DNA of 14,252 bases from contig CAZUEL010000018.1 in assembly GCA_964619325.1 (NCBI GenBank), positions 1 through 14,252 on the forward strand. The letters are read 5' to 3'. This document shows positions 1 through 7,493 of the stretch, in pieces. The translations under genes and the position numbers were made by a program. The stretch comes from Candidatus Woesearchaeota archaeon (lineage in GTDB: Archaea > Nanobdellota > Nanobdellia > UBA10117). The notes below the pieces were generated by a model. The model was not told where the DNA came from. It saw nothing but the letters and a program-made list of their open reading frames with translations, and made no database searches. Numbering within the stretch: position 1 is the first letter of the stretch; each line of letters begins with the position of its first letter.

Positions 1-2
1 GC

Positions 3-446
3 AGCAAGGCGTTCGGCCCGGATGTTGTTAAGCTATCGCGCGCCCACGTTGGTTCTATCGTGCGCTTTGTCGGAAAAATCAAGGAGTACAACGGCGAGCG
101 TTACATGAAACCAGAGATTGTGCATGTGCTTGATGACCCGAACTGGCTGATTGTCCACAAGCTAGAGATGGGCGTGCCGGCCAGTGGGATGCCTGCCCCA
201 GGTGAGATGAAGCCCACGGTTTCAGAAGAAGTGGCAGTCCAGCAGATAAAAGCAGAGGATATGGGCCAGCAGGCAAAGTTTGTCGAACTCGTCAGGTCGA
301 TGGACGACGGCTCGGGCGCAGACATGGATGCACTTGTTGCAAAATCCGGCCTCGAGGCGGAGGACGCGAAGAACATTATTGTTGGCCTGCTATCTGCGGG
401 CGAGCTGTTTGAGCCACGGAAGGGCAAGCTGAAGGTACTAGATTAG
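3..446 (+). CDS. RPA32/Stn1-like OB-fold protein, C-terminal part plus winged-helix-like tail (5' end outside window)
   Basis: The frame is open from the left edge (nt 3: SKAFGPDVVKLSRAHVGS...), so the GTG at 60 in the track is internal. IVRFVGKIKEYNGERYMKPEIVHVLDDPNWLIVHKLE fits the terminal strands of the RPA32/Stn1 OB fold (V.V.G.l..f.g......i..v.D.N....H.LE). An acidic linker and a helical wH-like tail of about 60 aa (FVELVRSMDDGSG...LFEPRKGKLKVL) follow. Confidence 0.5.
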   Translation, partial: SKAFGPDVVKLSRAHVGSIVRFVGKIKEYNGERYMKPEIVHVLDDPNWLIVHKLEMGVPASGMPAPGEMKPTVSEEVAVQQIKAEDMGQQAKFVELVRSMDDGSGADMDALVAKSGLEAEDAKNIIVGLLSAGELFEPRKGKLKVLD

Positions 447-476
447 ATTTTTATAGTTCTTATTTGTTTTATTTTT

Positions 477-1304
477 ATGGCTTTGTTAGTTGGCACCGCA
501 GGCATCCCAGCATCTACTCCAAAGGCTGGTGGCTCGGTTGAGGGAATAAAACGCGTTAAAGAATTGTGTTTGGATTTGATGGAGCTGGAATACGTGCGCG
601 GCGTGAAGATGTCTGAGGCGCTCGCGAAGGAAGTCAGGCAAACTGCTGACTCGCTTGGAATTGCAAGGACTGTGCACGCGCCGTATTACATCAATCTGAA
701 TGGCGATGAGAAAACTGTAAAAAACAGTCATGGTTATATTCTCATGTCTGCAAGAATCGGCAACATCGCTGGCGCCAAATCAGTTGCAATACATTCAGGT
801 TATTATTCTGGCAAAACGTCTGAGGACACAACAAAGGCAATAATAAAAGAGTATTCTGAAATTGTAAAAGTTCTGAAGCAGGAAAATAATAAAATAATGC
901 TCGCCCCGGAAGTTACAGGCAAGCTCACGCAGTGGGGCACGCTGCCCGAGATTCTTGAGGTCTGCCAGCAGGTTGAGCAGGTTGCAGTCTGTATTGATTT
1001 TTCTCATCTTTATGCGCGCGAGCTGGGCAAGGCGAACAACTCAAAGGAAGAGTGGCGCGCCGCGTTGGAATTGGTCGAGAAGAAAATTGGCAAGCCTGCA
1101 CTGAAGGCGTTGCACATCCATCTGCAGGATGTGCAGTGCAACAAAGGCGGGGAGGGCAGCCACATGCACGTGGGAGATGGAAAATTAAAATGGAAAGAGT
1201 TGCTAAACGTGTTGAAGGAATTCAAGGTGGAAGGCTGGCTCATCTCGGAAGCGCCAAACCCCGAAGTGGATGCAGTGAAGATTAAGAAAGCGCTAGCTTC
1301 ATAA
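477..1304 (+). CDS. nfo: Endonuclease IV (AP endonuclease, TIM-barrel)
   Basis: The metal-ligand motifs are collinear with E. coli Nfo. HAPYYINLNG matches HDSYLINLGH, AIHSGYY matches NFHPGSH, LAPEVTG matches VIENTAG, VCIDFSHLYA matches VCIDTCHAFA, LHIHLQD matches MHLNDAK, HMHVGDG matches HHSLGEG and LISEAPN matches LILETIN. A TTTTTATAG box lies about 22-26 nt upstream of the ATG. Confidence 0.88.
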   Translation: MALLVGTAGIPASTPKAGGSVEGIKRVKELCLDLMELEYVRGVKMSEALAKEVRQTADSLGIARTVHAPYYINLNGDEKTVKNSHGYILMSARIGNIAGAKSVAIHSGYYSGKTSEDTTKAIIKEYSEIVKVLKQENNKIMLAPEVTGKLTQWGTLPEILEVCQQVEQVAVCIDFSHLYARELGKANNSKEEWRAALELVEKKIGKPALKALHIHLQDVQCNKGGEGSHMHVGDGKLKWKELLNVLKEFKVEGWLISEAPNPEVDAVKIKKALAS

Positions 1305-1892
1305 CTTATTTATTCCCACAATAAAAATCTCCGCAGAGTTCTTCTGTGAGGATTTGGGCTTGAAAATTTCTGTGCGCTTGAAGGCTTTCTTCACTTCTTT
1401 CAGAAAATCATCAAAGCCCTTTCCCTGAAATACTTTGCAGACAAAGTTTCCACCGGGCCGCAGGAACTTCTTCGCGATTTCCAGTGAGGAGTTTGCGAGC
1501 AGGCCAGCCACGCCAATGTCAACGTCCTTAAAGCCAGAGGTATCTGGCGCAGTATCAGAAAGTACAACATCAAAGTCCAGGCCGAGCTTTGCGATTCTTT
1601 CGAATGCGCTCTCTTTCAGGATGTCGCCGCGCAAAAATTGGTATTTGTCGCCTAAACCTAAGACTGGTTGTATGTCGCTGCCGACTACGGTTCCATCGCC
1701 ACCAACTAAATTCAGGGCGATCTGGCTCCAGCTTCCTGGCGCAGCACCCAAATCCAAAACGCAATTTCCTTTTTTTATTATGTGGAACTTTTCTTGGATT
1801 TCAAGCAATTTAAACGCAGCCCGCGAGCGGTAGCCGAGTTCTTTCGCCTTTTTGTAAAATGTCTCTCCCCGTCTTTCTTCATCCCACCTCAT
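1299..1892 (-). CDS. rlmE: 23S rRNA 2'-O-ribose methyltransferase RlmE/FtsJ
   Basis: GYRSRAAFKLLEIQEKF, VLDLGAAPGSWSQ (SAM motif I), VVLSDTAPDTSG and FVCKVFQG are the canonical FtsJ/RrmJ motifs. Its start overlaps the upstream methyltransferase stop (ATGA). Its 3' end overlaps convergent nfo by 6 nt. Confidence 0.9.
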   Translation of the reverse strand: MRWDEERRGETFYKKAKELGYRSRAAFKLLEIQEKFHIIKKGNCVLDLGAAPGSWSQIALNLVGGDGTVVGSDIQPVLGLGDKYQFLRGDILKESAFERIAKLGLDFDVVLSDTAPDTSGFKDVDIGVAGLLANSSLEIAKKFLRPGGNFVCKVFQGKGFDDFLKEVKKAFKRTEIFKPKSSQKNSAEIFIVGINKL

Positions 1893-2524
1893 TTTTTTCT
1901 CGCAATAATAAAAATTGGTTGATAATTGCTTCCGCTCCTAAAATATTTAGAGTAAGGTGGGGCAACTTTGCAATACAAAACTTCGAAATTCGCTTTTGAA
2001 ATTAATTCTTTTAGCTCTTTTACGTTGTAAAAACTAGCCTTGAAATTTTGTCTGGCAAGTGGCCAATAGGCTAAGTGTTCGCCCGCACCTTTTGGTGGGT
2101 TTATGAACAGATGGCCTCCGGGTTTTAGCACGCGTGCAAAGCCGCTGAGTAATTTTAACATATCCGCTTTTGGTATGTGTTCAAGTACACCAAATGAATA
2201 AATGCCATCAAATGCGGCTGGCCCGTATTCAAGTTTGCGTATGTCCATTAATCTGAATTTCCCGTTCAGAACTTTTTTTCTTGCAGCAGCGAGCATATTT
2301 GGTGAGGCGTCAACACCCTCAGATCTAAAACCTCGCTTAAGAAAATATGCAGTAGAGTCACCTGTTCCGCAGCCTGCATCCAGTATCTTTGCGCCTGCAG
2401 GCAAGTAAGACAAAAATTTGTCCACAGCTTGATCGTAAGGGCTAGCCACGCCCCAATATTCATTCACAAAGCCGCTGGCTATTTTTTTGTACAAATTTTT
2501 GACATCAATAGCCCTTTTTTTCAT
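1889..2524 (-). CDS. Class I SAM-dependent methyltransferase (Methyltransf_11/25-like), substrate unknown
   Basis: The motif I is ILDAGCGTGDST and the post-I acidic residue is in GVDASPNML. FDGIYSFGVLEHI and LKPGGHLFI are also present. It is translationally coupled (ATGA) to rlmE. A TTTTAAATA box lies about 28 nt upstream of the ATG. Confidence 0.8.
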   Translation of the reverse strand: MKKRAIDVKNLYKKIASGFVNEYWGVASPYDQAVDKFLSYLPAGAKILDAGCGTGDSTAYFLKRGFRSEGVDASPNMLAAARKKVLNGKFRLMDIRKLEYGPAAFDGIYSFGVLEHIPKADMLKLLSGFARVLKPGGHLFINPPKGAGEHLAYWPLARQNFKASFYNVKELKELISKANFEVLYCKVAPPYSKYFRSGSNYQPIFIIARKK

Positions 2525-2563
2525 TTTGTTAAATCTTATAAACTTACTATTTAAAATAGTTTC

Positions 2564-3928
2564 ATGGCCGCAGTCCTGAAGGAGTTCTTCAGCCCGGAGT
2601 CAGTTGCAGTGATTGGAGCGAGCCGGCACCCCGGAAAGATTGGCCACGAAATCCTGTGGAACTTTGCGCGCGGGTTTTATGAGGGAAAAACATTTCCAAT
2701 TAATCCACACTCCGAAAATATTTTGGAGCTGAAAACTTACAAATCTGTTTTAGATGTTCCAGATAAAGTTGATTTGGCGGTGATTGCAATTCCGGCGGAA
2801 AGCGTCGCCGCTGCCTTGAAAGAGTGTGTCAAGAAAAAAGTCCCGGCTGTGGTGATAATTTCTGGCGGGTTTGCTGAGGTTGGTGAGGATGGAAAAAACA
2901 GAGAGGAGGAGCTTAAAAAAATAATAAAAAACTCAAACACAAAAATTATCGGCCCGAACTGTGTTGGTATTTATGATTCCAAAACGCAGGTTGACACTTT
3001 ATTTTTATCACGTTCACGCCTGCTTCGGCCAAGAAAAGGAAACATTGCCTTTGTCTCACAGTCAGGCGCGGTCGGCACAACAATAATGGACTACCTAGCT
3101 GCGAATGGGCTGGGCCTGTCTAAGTTTATCTCATATGGAAATCAGATTGATGTTGATGAAACAGACTTGCTGGAATTGTTAGGTGATGATGGTGAGACAA
3201 AAGTGATTGCTGCGTACGTTGAGGGTTTGAAGGATGGCTGCAAGTTTATGGAAGTTGCCCGCAAATTGAAAAAACCGCTGATTGTTTTGAAAGCTGGCAA
3301 GACAAGCAGAGGCTCAGCTGCGGTAGTTTCGCACACTGGTGCACTTGCAGGAAGTGCTGAAATCTACTCCGGCGCTTTCAAGCAGGTTGGCGCAATCGAA
3401 GCTGGGAATTGGGAGGAGATGTTTGATTTTGCAAAGGCGTTTTCGATGCAGCCGATTCCGCGCGGAAATAAAATTGCTGTTGTGACAGACGGCGGCGGCT
3501 TCGGCGTGCTGGCAACCGATGCCGCAGAGAGGAATAATTTAGTTTTGCCAGAGCCCTCGCAAAAATTATTACAAGAGTTCAAGGGCTTTCCTGCGCACGC
3601 ATCGCTGAAGAACCCGATTGACTTAACTGGCGATGCAGACGCGGAGTGGTATAAATTAGCAGTTGAATCTTGCTTAGCATCAGATGAGTTTGATGCAGTT
3701 TTAGTTATAACTTTGTTTCAGGTGCCGGCCCTGTCGGCAGGCGTGGACGACGCGCTGATAGAGCTCTCGCGGAAATACAATAAGACAATTGTCGCGTGTG
3801 CGGCAGGCTCGCACTACACACAGCAGCTCGTGAGAAAGCTGGAGGCCGGCGGAATTCCGGTTTACCCTACGCCGGAGCGGGCGGTTGGCGCGCTTAGGGC
3901 AATGCTAGCACATGCCAAACATTTTTAA
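2564..3928 (+). CDS. acdA: Acetate--CoA ligase (ADP-forming) alpha subunit (CoA-binding plus succinyl-CoA-ligase-like domains)
   Basis: The N-terminal CoA-binding Rossmann is SVAVIGASRHPGKIGH. IIGPNCVGI and the phospho-histidine loop AVVSHTGALAGS are typical of NDP-forming acyl-CoA synthetase alpha subunits. Length is 454 aa. A TCTTATAAAC box is centred about 26 nt upstream of the ATG. Confidence 0.85.
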   Translation: MAAVLKEFFSPESVAVIGASRHPGKIGHEILWNFARGFYEGKTFPINPHSENILELKTYKSVLDVPDKVDLAVIAIPAESVAAALKECVKKKVPAVVIISGGFAEVGEDGKNREEELKKIIKNSNTKIIGPNCVGIYDSKTQVDTLFLSRSRLLRPRKGNIAFVSQSGAVGTTIMDYLAANGLGLSKFISYGNQIDVDETDLLELLGDDGETKVIAAYVEGLKDGCKFMEVARKLKKPLIVLKAGKTSRGSAAVVSHTGALAGSAEIYSGAFKQVGAIEAGNWEEMFDFAKAFSMQPIPRGNKIAVVTDGGGFGVLATDAAERNNLVLPEPSQKLLQEFKGFPAHASLKNPIDLTGDADAEWYKLAVESCLASDEFDAVLVITLFQVPALSAGVDDALIELSRKYNKTIVACAAGSHYTQQLVRKLEAGGIPVYPTPERAVGALRAMLAHAKHF

Positions 3929-3950
3929 TATTCAATTGTTGGGCAAGCAG

Positions 3951-4352
3951 ATGAAAATTCACCACAAAATTGGTGCTGTAATTATCAGAAACAAAAAGTT
4001 GCTGATGTGCCGCAAGGAAGGCGAGCCGCATTTCATTCTGCCAGGTGGCAGGCCAAAGGGCAGCGAAACACCGGAACAAGCCCTCGCCCGCGAGCTTAAT
4101 GAAGAGCTCGGAGCGAAACTGATTTTATCTAACTATTGGAAAACCTGGGAAGCAGTTCACTTCAAAGACAAAGATACGTTGGTGAGAATGGATATTTATT
4201 TTGTAGACTTCGATGGCCAGCCAAAAGCACAGGGTGAGATAGCAGAGTTAAAATGGATTACTAGTGATTACAAAAAACAAGGCATCAAAGTTGCTTCAAT
4301 TAACGAAGATCACACAATTCCAGAATTAAAAAAGAAAAAGTTGATCGCCTAA
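3951..4352 (+). CDS. Nudix hydrolase (MutT-like)
   Basis: The Nudix box is perfect, Gx5Ex7REUxEExGU: GGRPKGSETPEQALARELNEELGA. The ATG at 3951 is preferred over 3912, because the 3912 start would overlap the last 17 nt of acdA and add a non-conserved-looking leader. Confidence 0.85.
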   Translation: MKIHHKIGAVIIRNKKLLMCRKEGEPHFILPGGRPKGSETPEQALARELNEELGAKLILSNYWKTWEAVHFKDKDTLVRMDIYFVDFDGQPKAQGEIAELKWITSDYKKQGIKVASINEDHTIPELKKKKLIA

Positions 4353-4711
4353 CGTATCCTCTCTTTCCTAAGTAGTTTCACCCACTGCTTCTTGTGGTCC
4401 ATGCGCTGCAGGACAGCCTTAACGAACCTGTTGCGCTCGTTGTTGTACTCGATTTCTTCCTCGACAAAGCCGAGCCTGTCGTATGCGTAGCCAAGCCCAA
4501 ACATAAATACGACCGCCGCAGCAATTATAATTCCAATTGTTTCAAACGTGAATCCGATGTTATATACTTTCAAAAGCGTGAAAACGGAGATTACAAATGA
4601 AACCGGCGCGATGATTCTGCTTATGAACTCGCGCCCGTAATCGAAGCGCCGCATTTGTGTTACTAAGAAGTGCCGTTCGTCCAAGAATTTTTTCTTTAGC
4701 TTTTTTTTCAT
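4349..4711 (-). CDS. Small two-TM membrane protein with basic termini, unknown function
   Basis: There are two hydrophobic helices (IIAPVSFVISVFTLLKV and IGIIIAAAVVFMFGLGYA). They are flanked by Lys/Arg-rich N and C termini and an acidic stretch EEEIEY. The start overlaps the stop of the upstream RHH gene (ATGA). I recognise no family. Confidence 0.55.
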   Translation of the reverse strand: MKKKLKKKFLDERHFLVTQMRRFDYGREFISRIIAPVSFVISVFTLLKVYNIGFTFETIGIIIAAAVVFMFGLGYAYDRLGFVEEEIEYNNERNRFVKAVLQRMDHKKQWVKLLRKERIR

Positions 4712-4881
4712 AGTCTAATAATTCTCCTGAATTTAGAGATTGTTTTTAGCTGGCTTAATTTTTCATAAACGGCTTCGTTTACAAAGTCTGCAATTGAGTT
4801 GTATTTGTATTTATTTTCCTTTAATTTGATAAATTTCACTACATGCTTTTGTAAATCATCTTTTATTCGAATAACGCCCAT
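4708..4881 (-). CDS. Ribbon-helix-helix (CopG/Arc-like) DNA-binding protein
   Basis: MGVIRIKDDLQKHVVKFIK...YNSIADFVNEAVYEKL gives a beta-strand, helix A and helix B with the typical S-x-x-(D/E)-(F/L)-(V/I)-x-x-A pattern. The ATG at 4881 is preferred over 4899 because the GATTTAAAT box (4908-4916) is only about 13 nt from 4899 but about 31 nt from 4881. Confidence 0.65.
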   Translation of the reverse strand: MGVIRIKDDLQKHVVKFIKLKENKYKYNSIADFVNEAVYEKLSQLKTISKFRRIIRL

Positions 4882-4908
4882 TGTAGCAAAATGTAGCATT
4901 TTGTAACA
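4882..4908 (-). promoter_or_regulatory. Three 7-bp direct repeats at exact 10-bp phasing (TGTAGCA, TGTAGCA, TGTAACA) between the TATA box and the RHH start; candidate autoregulatory operator
   Basis: The plus strand reads tgtagcaaaa|tgtagcattt|tgtaacattt at 4882, 4892 and 4902. The repeats directly abut the ATG at 4881 and lie downstream of the GATTTAAAT box. Confidence 0.5.
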
Positions 4909-4923
4909 TTTAAATCTATGTTA

Positions 4924-5520
4924 TTATTTTATAATCCTAACGTCAACCGCAGCCCCTGCCTTGTCGTTGATAATAAACGGATTGATGTCCATCTCTGCTG
5001 GATTTTCCTTGATGGCCAGCCTCCCAATGTTAACTAGGGTGTTTTTCAGCAGTTTTAAGTTTACCGCTTTTTGGTTACGGAATCCGAGCAGTAGTTGTTT
5101 TGCTTTTATCTCGCCAATCATCTCACCCGCGTCTTCTTCAGTGATCGGGCAAACCCTGAACGCAACATCGCGGAAAATTTCCACGAAGATTCCACCGAGG
5201 CCGAACATTATTGTCTGGCCAAAGGTTGCGTCGCGCTTTGTGCCGATGATGGCCTGCTGGCCTTCCACAAACTCCTGCGCCAAAATCTGCCCAAGTTTTT
5301 TCATCCGCGCAAATGCAGCGCGTGCTTCTTTCTCTGTCTGGCAGATTTGCACCGCGCCGGCTTCAGTCTTATGAATTATTTTTTCTGAAATCGCTTTTAA
5401 CACGATAGGGAATTTTAATTCAGCTAAATCTTTTTCCGATTTAGCAATTTTATATTTCGCGACGGGAATTTTGTATTTTTCCAGCAGTTTGTACCCCTGC
5501 GCGCCGAGTAGAGTAACCAT
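4924..5520 (-). CDS. acdB: Acetate--CoA ligase (ADP-forming) beta subunit (ATP-grasp)
   Basis: The ATP-grasp_5-like sequence includes GYKLLEKYKIPVAKY, PIVLKAISEKIIHKTEAGAV, QEFVEG, MFGLGGIFVEIFRDVAFRV and EMDINPF. The ATG at 5520 is preferred because a TTTTTATATA box lies 20-30 nt upstream of it. The track's 21-aa extension to 5583 would read through that box. Confidence 0.82.
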   Translation of the reverse strand: MVTLLGAQGYKLLEKYKIPVAKYKIAKSEKDLAELKFPIVLKAISEKIIHKTEAGAVQICQTEKEARAAFARMKKLGQILAQEFVEGQQAIIGTKRDATFGQTIMFGLGGIFVEIFRDVAFRVCPITEEDAGEMIGEIKAKQLLLGFRNQKAVNLKLLKNTLVNIGRLAIKENPAEMDINPFIINDKAGAAVDVRIIK

Positions 5521-5628
5521 GAACTGTTTACTGTAATTTCTATATAAAAATGTATACATCCAAGAAAACAGTATTGCAACCAATTTTTAGAAACATATTT
5601 AAATGCTTCTGTTCACTGCAGGGATGAA

Positions 5629-5898
5629 ATGAAAGGTTCCAAGATATTTCTGCGTGAGAAACCGATTGAACTGTTGCTCTGCCTGACTCGCGGGAATGTT
5701 GCAGAGAAATATCCGTCTATGCTTGCCAAGGATTCGAAGTGCACCTACTCGCACACAGTGCACCTGCTCCAGCGAATGGAGAAGGCAGAGTTGGTGAAGT
5801 TCGAGAAGCAGGGCCGGCTGAAACTGGTCACTCTGACAAAGAGGGGCGAGGATGTTGCAGGCCTGTTTGATTCCGTCGGCAAGACACTAGGAAGATAG
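5629..5898 (+). CDS. Small winged-helix (MarR/ArsR-like) transcription regulator
   Basis: The 89-aa protein has an HTH (PSMLAKDSKCTYSHTVHLLQRMEKAELV) followed by a wing (KFEKQGRLKLVTLTKRG). Confidence 0.65.
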   Translation: MKGSKIFLREKPIELLLCLTRGNVAEKYPSMLAKDSKCTYSHTVHLLQRMEKAELVKFEKQGRLKLVTLTKRGEDVAGLFDSVGKTLGR

Positions 5899-5912
5899 GG
5901 AGGTAGAATAAC

Positions 5913-6086
5913 ATGGCAGAAAAAGAAACAAAAGTAGTCGGTTATTGTGTTAAATGCAAGGAAAAGAGAACAATAAAAGACCCAAAAAATACTACAATAA
6001 AGGGCAGGTCAGGCACGAGGCCAGCTGTCAAAGGCACTTGTCCAGAATGTAGCACTGGAATGTTCAGGATTGGCGCGACTGTTTAA
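5913..6086 (+). CDS. 57-aa zinc-ribbon mini-protein (DUF5679-like), absent from the ORF track
   Basis: I translated it by hand as MAEKETKVVGYCVKCKEKRTIKDPKNTTIKGRSGTRPAVKGTCPECSTGMFRIGATV. It has a CxxC...CxxC ribbon with the YCVKC...G.CP.C...MFRIG pattern. A strong SD (GGGAGGT) lies 8-16 nt upstream, and the gene starts 14 nt after the wHTH gene. Confidence 0.75.
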   Translation: MAEKETKVVGYCVKCKEKRTIKDPKNTTIKGRSGTRPAVKGTCPECSTGMFRIGATV

Positions 6087-6100
6087 TGATTCTGGATTTC

Positions 6101-6114
6101 AAAAGGCTTTTATT
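6101..6114 (+). promoter_or_regulatory. BRE/TATA-like promoter element AAAAGGCTTTTATT, copy 1
   Basis: This exact 14-mer ends 21 nt before the ATG at 6136. An identical copy has identical spacing before the ATG at 6497. Confidence 0.6.
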
Positions 6115-6135
6115 TACTAATTTATTTATTTTCTT

Positions 6136-6462
6136 ATGTTGCAAGCTCTAAAAGAATCTCTAAGCGATGTTGTCGATGGCTGGCGGCAGGCAAGAACGTT
6201 CAAGCATTTGTTAGAAATTAATGCTGAAATGCCGCATAATATCAAAACTGGCGCTGCAGGCATAGAATTGTCAGACAAAGAAATGCTCACTGCCATAAAC
6301 GCAGCAGATAATTTTGTTGCGCAATATGTACAGAGATTTTCCGAAGAGTTTGCATTTTCTGTCGGTGCAATCGTGTATGGCTGGCTGAGCCCGCGCTACC
6401 GCCGCGAACTTCCGGAAATGCTGGCACGCATTCAATACAAGACAGCACACAACCTTGTTTGA
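6136..6462 (+). CDS. Hypothetical helical protein (108 aa)
   Basis: The ORF has its own promoter-like element at the spacing expected for a leaderless mRNA. The protein composition resembles neighbouring core genes. I recognise no motif. Confidence 0.5.
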   Translation: MLQALKESLSDVVDGWRQARTFKHLLEINAEMPHNIKTGAAGIELSDKEMLTAINAADNFVAQYVQRFSEEFAFSVGAIVYGWLSPRYRRELPEMLARIQYKTAHNLV

Positions 6463-6475
6463 AAAGGCTTTTATT
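6462..6475 (+). promoter_or_regulatory. BRE/TATA-like promoter element AAAAGGCTTTTATT, copy 2
   Basis: This is the same 14-mer as 6101-6114 and ends 21 nt before the ATG at 6497. It overlaps the last base of the upstream gene's stop codon. Confidence 0.6.
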
Positions 6476-6496
6476 CTCAGAATTATTTTTAGTTTT

Positions 6497-6970
6497 ATGC
6501 GTTCCAACACACATACCTTGTTAGGCATACTGGCAGGCTCGGTTTACTTCCACTACTATCCAAACCACAACTTAGTTTTGCAGATATTATTTTCGCTTGC
6601 CCTGATTTTTGGCGTGCTGCTGCCGGACATTGATGAGGCGCACAGCACGATTGGCCAGCGCGCGGGATTTGTTTCCAAACTAATTCAAAAATTATTCAAG
6701 CACCGCGGCTTGTTCCACTCAGTCTGGATGATTTTAATTTTGTATGCGTTGTTTCAGTTTGTAGTTTCAAAATATTTTTTAGTAAATAATTTTGTGTTGA
6801 TGGGCTTTCTTGTTGGCTATGCTGCCCATCTTTTAGGAGATGCAATCACAGTAAATGGAATCAAGCCGTTCTACCCACTTGGCCTTACAGTGAGAGGGCC
6901 AGTGAGGACTGGCAAGCTCTCGGAAGTTTTTGTAGCGTTTCTCATAATTGTTTGGCTGGTGACGCACTAA
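6497..6970 (+). CDS. YdjM-family membrane-bound metal-dependent hydrolase
   Basis: It has HTLLG at the N-terminus, LLPDIDEAHSTIG, HRGLFHS and AHLLGDAITVNGI, with multiple TM helices. The start at 6497 (MRSNTHTLLG) is chosen from the promoter spacing. The track start at 6455 overlaps the upstream gene and the promoter element. Confidence 0.75.
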   Translation: MRSNTHTLLGILAGSVYFHYYPNHNLVLQILFSLALIFGVLLPDIDEAHSTIGQRAGFVSKLIQKLFKHRGLFHSVWMILILYALFQFVVSKYFLVNNFVLMGFLVGYAAHLLGDAITVNGIKPFYPLGLTVRGPVRTGKLSEVFVAFLIIVWLVTH

Positions 6971-6980
6971 TTTAAAACTT

Positions 6981-7493
6981 TTAAAACTTCTTTTTCAAAT
7001 ATGGAGAAAAATATTCTCCATACTTCTTCTGCAGTTCAGGATTTTTCCAGTCGTCAGGCTTGATTATCTTGCGGCAGTTTGTAGATTTGCAGTTACAGTT
7101 GAATTGTTGAAAATCTGATTCCATAAAAGCGTAATCAACACATATTTCTTCTTTTTGGTTTATGTTTCGAATAGCAATGTAAATGTTGGAACTACTAAAA
7201 CCAATATTTGGGGCGCAGGAATGATTTGGTGCGCCATATCCTTCAAGCTCTGTTCTATTTGCTGGCACTAGCCAAAAATCATCTTGTATTTGTATGCCAA
7301 TGTGTCCGATCTTTCTTCTGCATTTAGATATTTGCGAACGCGGCACTACAATACCACCAACAACTTGAACAATATCGCCTTTAGCTATGGGTGCGATGGC
7401 AATTATACCAATGCCGTGCATTTTTGACTGAAATGGTTTTGCCTTCGGTGTCAGCCACCTGTGCCCCCAGAGTTTATGTAAGTCTTCCATCAC
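6981..7493 (-). CDS. SET-domain protein lysine methyltransferase with a Cys-rich post-SET motif
   Basis: The SET motifs are GIGIIAIAPIAKGDIV (GxG), NHSCAPN (the NHSCxPN pseudoknot motif) and EEICVDY. The C-terminal CNCKSTNCR is CxCx4C. The start overlaps the stop of the upstream wHTH gene (ATGA). Confidence 0.85.
   Translation of the reverse strand: MMEDLHKLWGHRWLTPKAKPFQSKMHGIGIIAIAPIAKGDIVQVVGGIVVPRSQISKCRRKIGHIGIQIQDDFWLVPANRTELEGYGAPNHSCAPNIGFSSSNIYIAIRNINQKEEICVDYAFMESDFQQFNCNCKSTNCRKIIKPDDWKNPELQKKYGEYFSPYLKKKF

Noticed and set aside
5521-5583. The ORF track gives N-terminal extensions for acdB (to 5583), the YdjM-like gene (6455), Nudix (3912) and the RHH gene (4899).
   Set aside because: The extensions read through or crowd the TATA-like boxes, or overlap the upstream genes. 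They also add hydrophobic or non-conserved-looking leaders. Internal ATGs sit at the 20-30-nt TATA spacing seen for other genes here.
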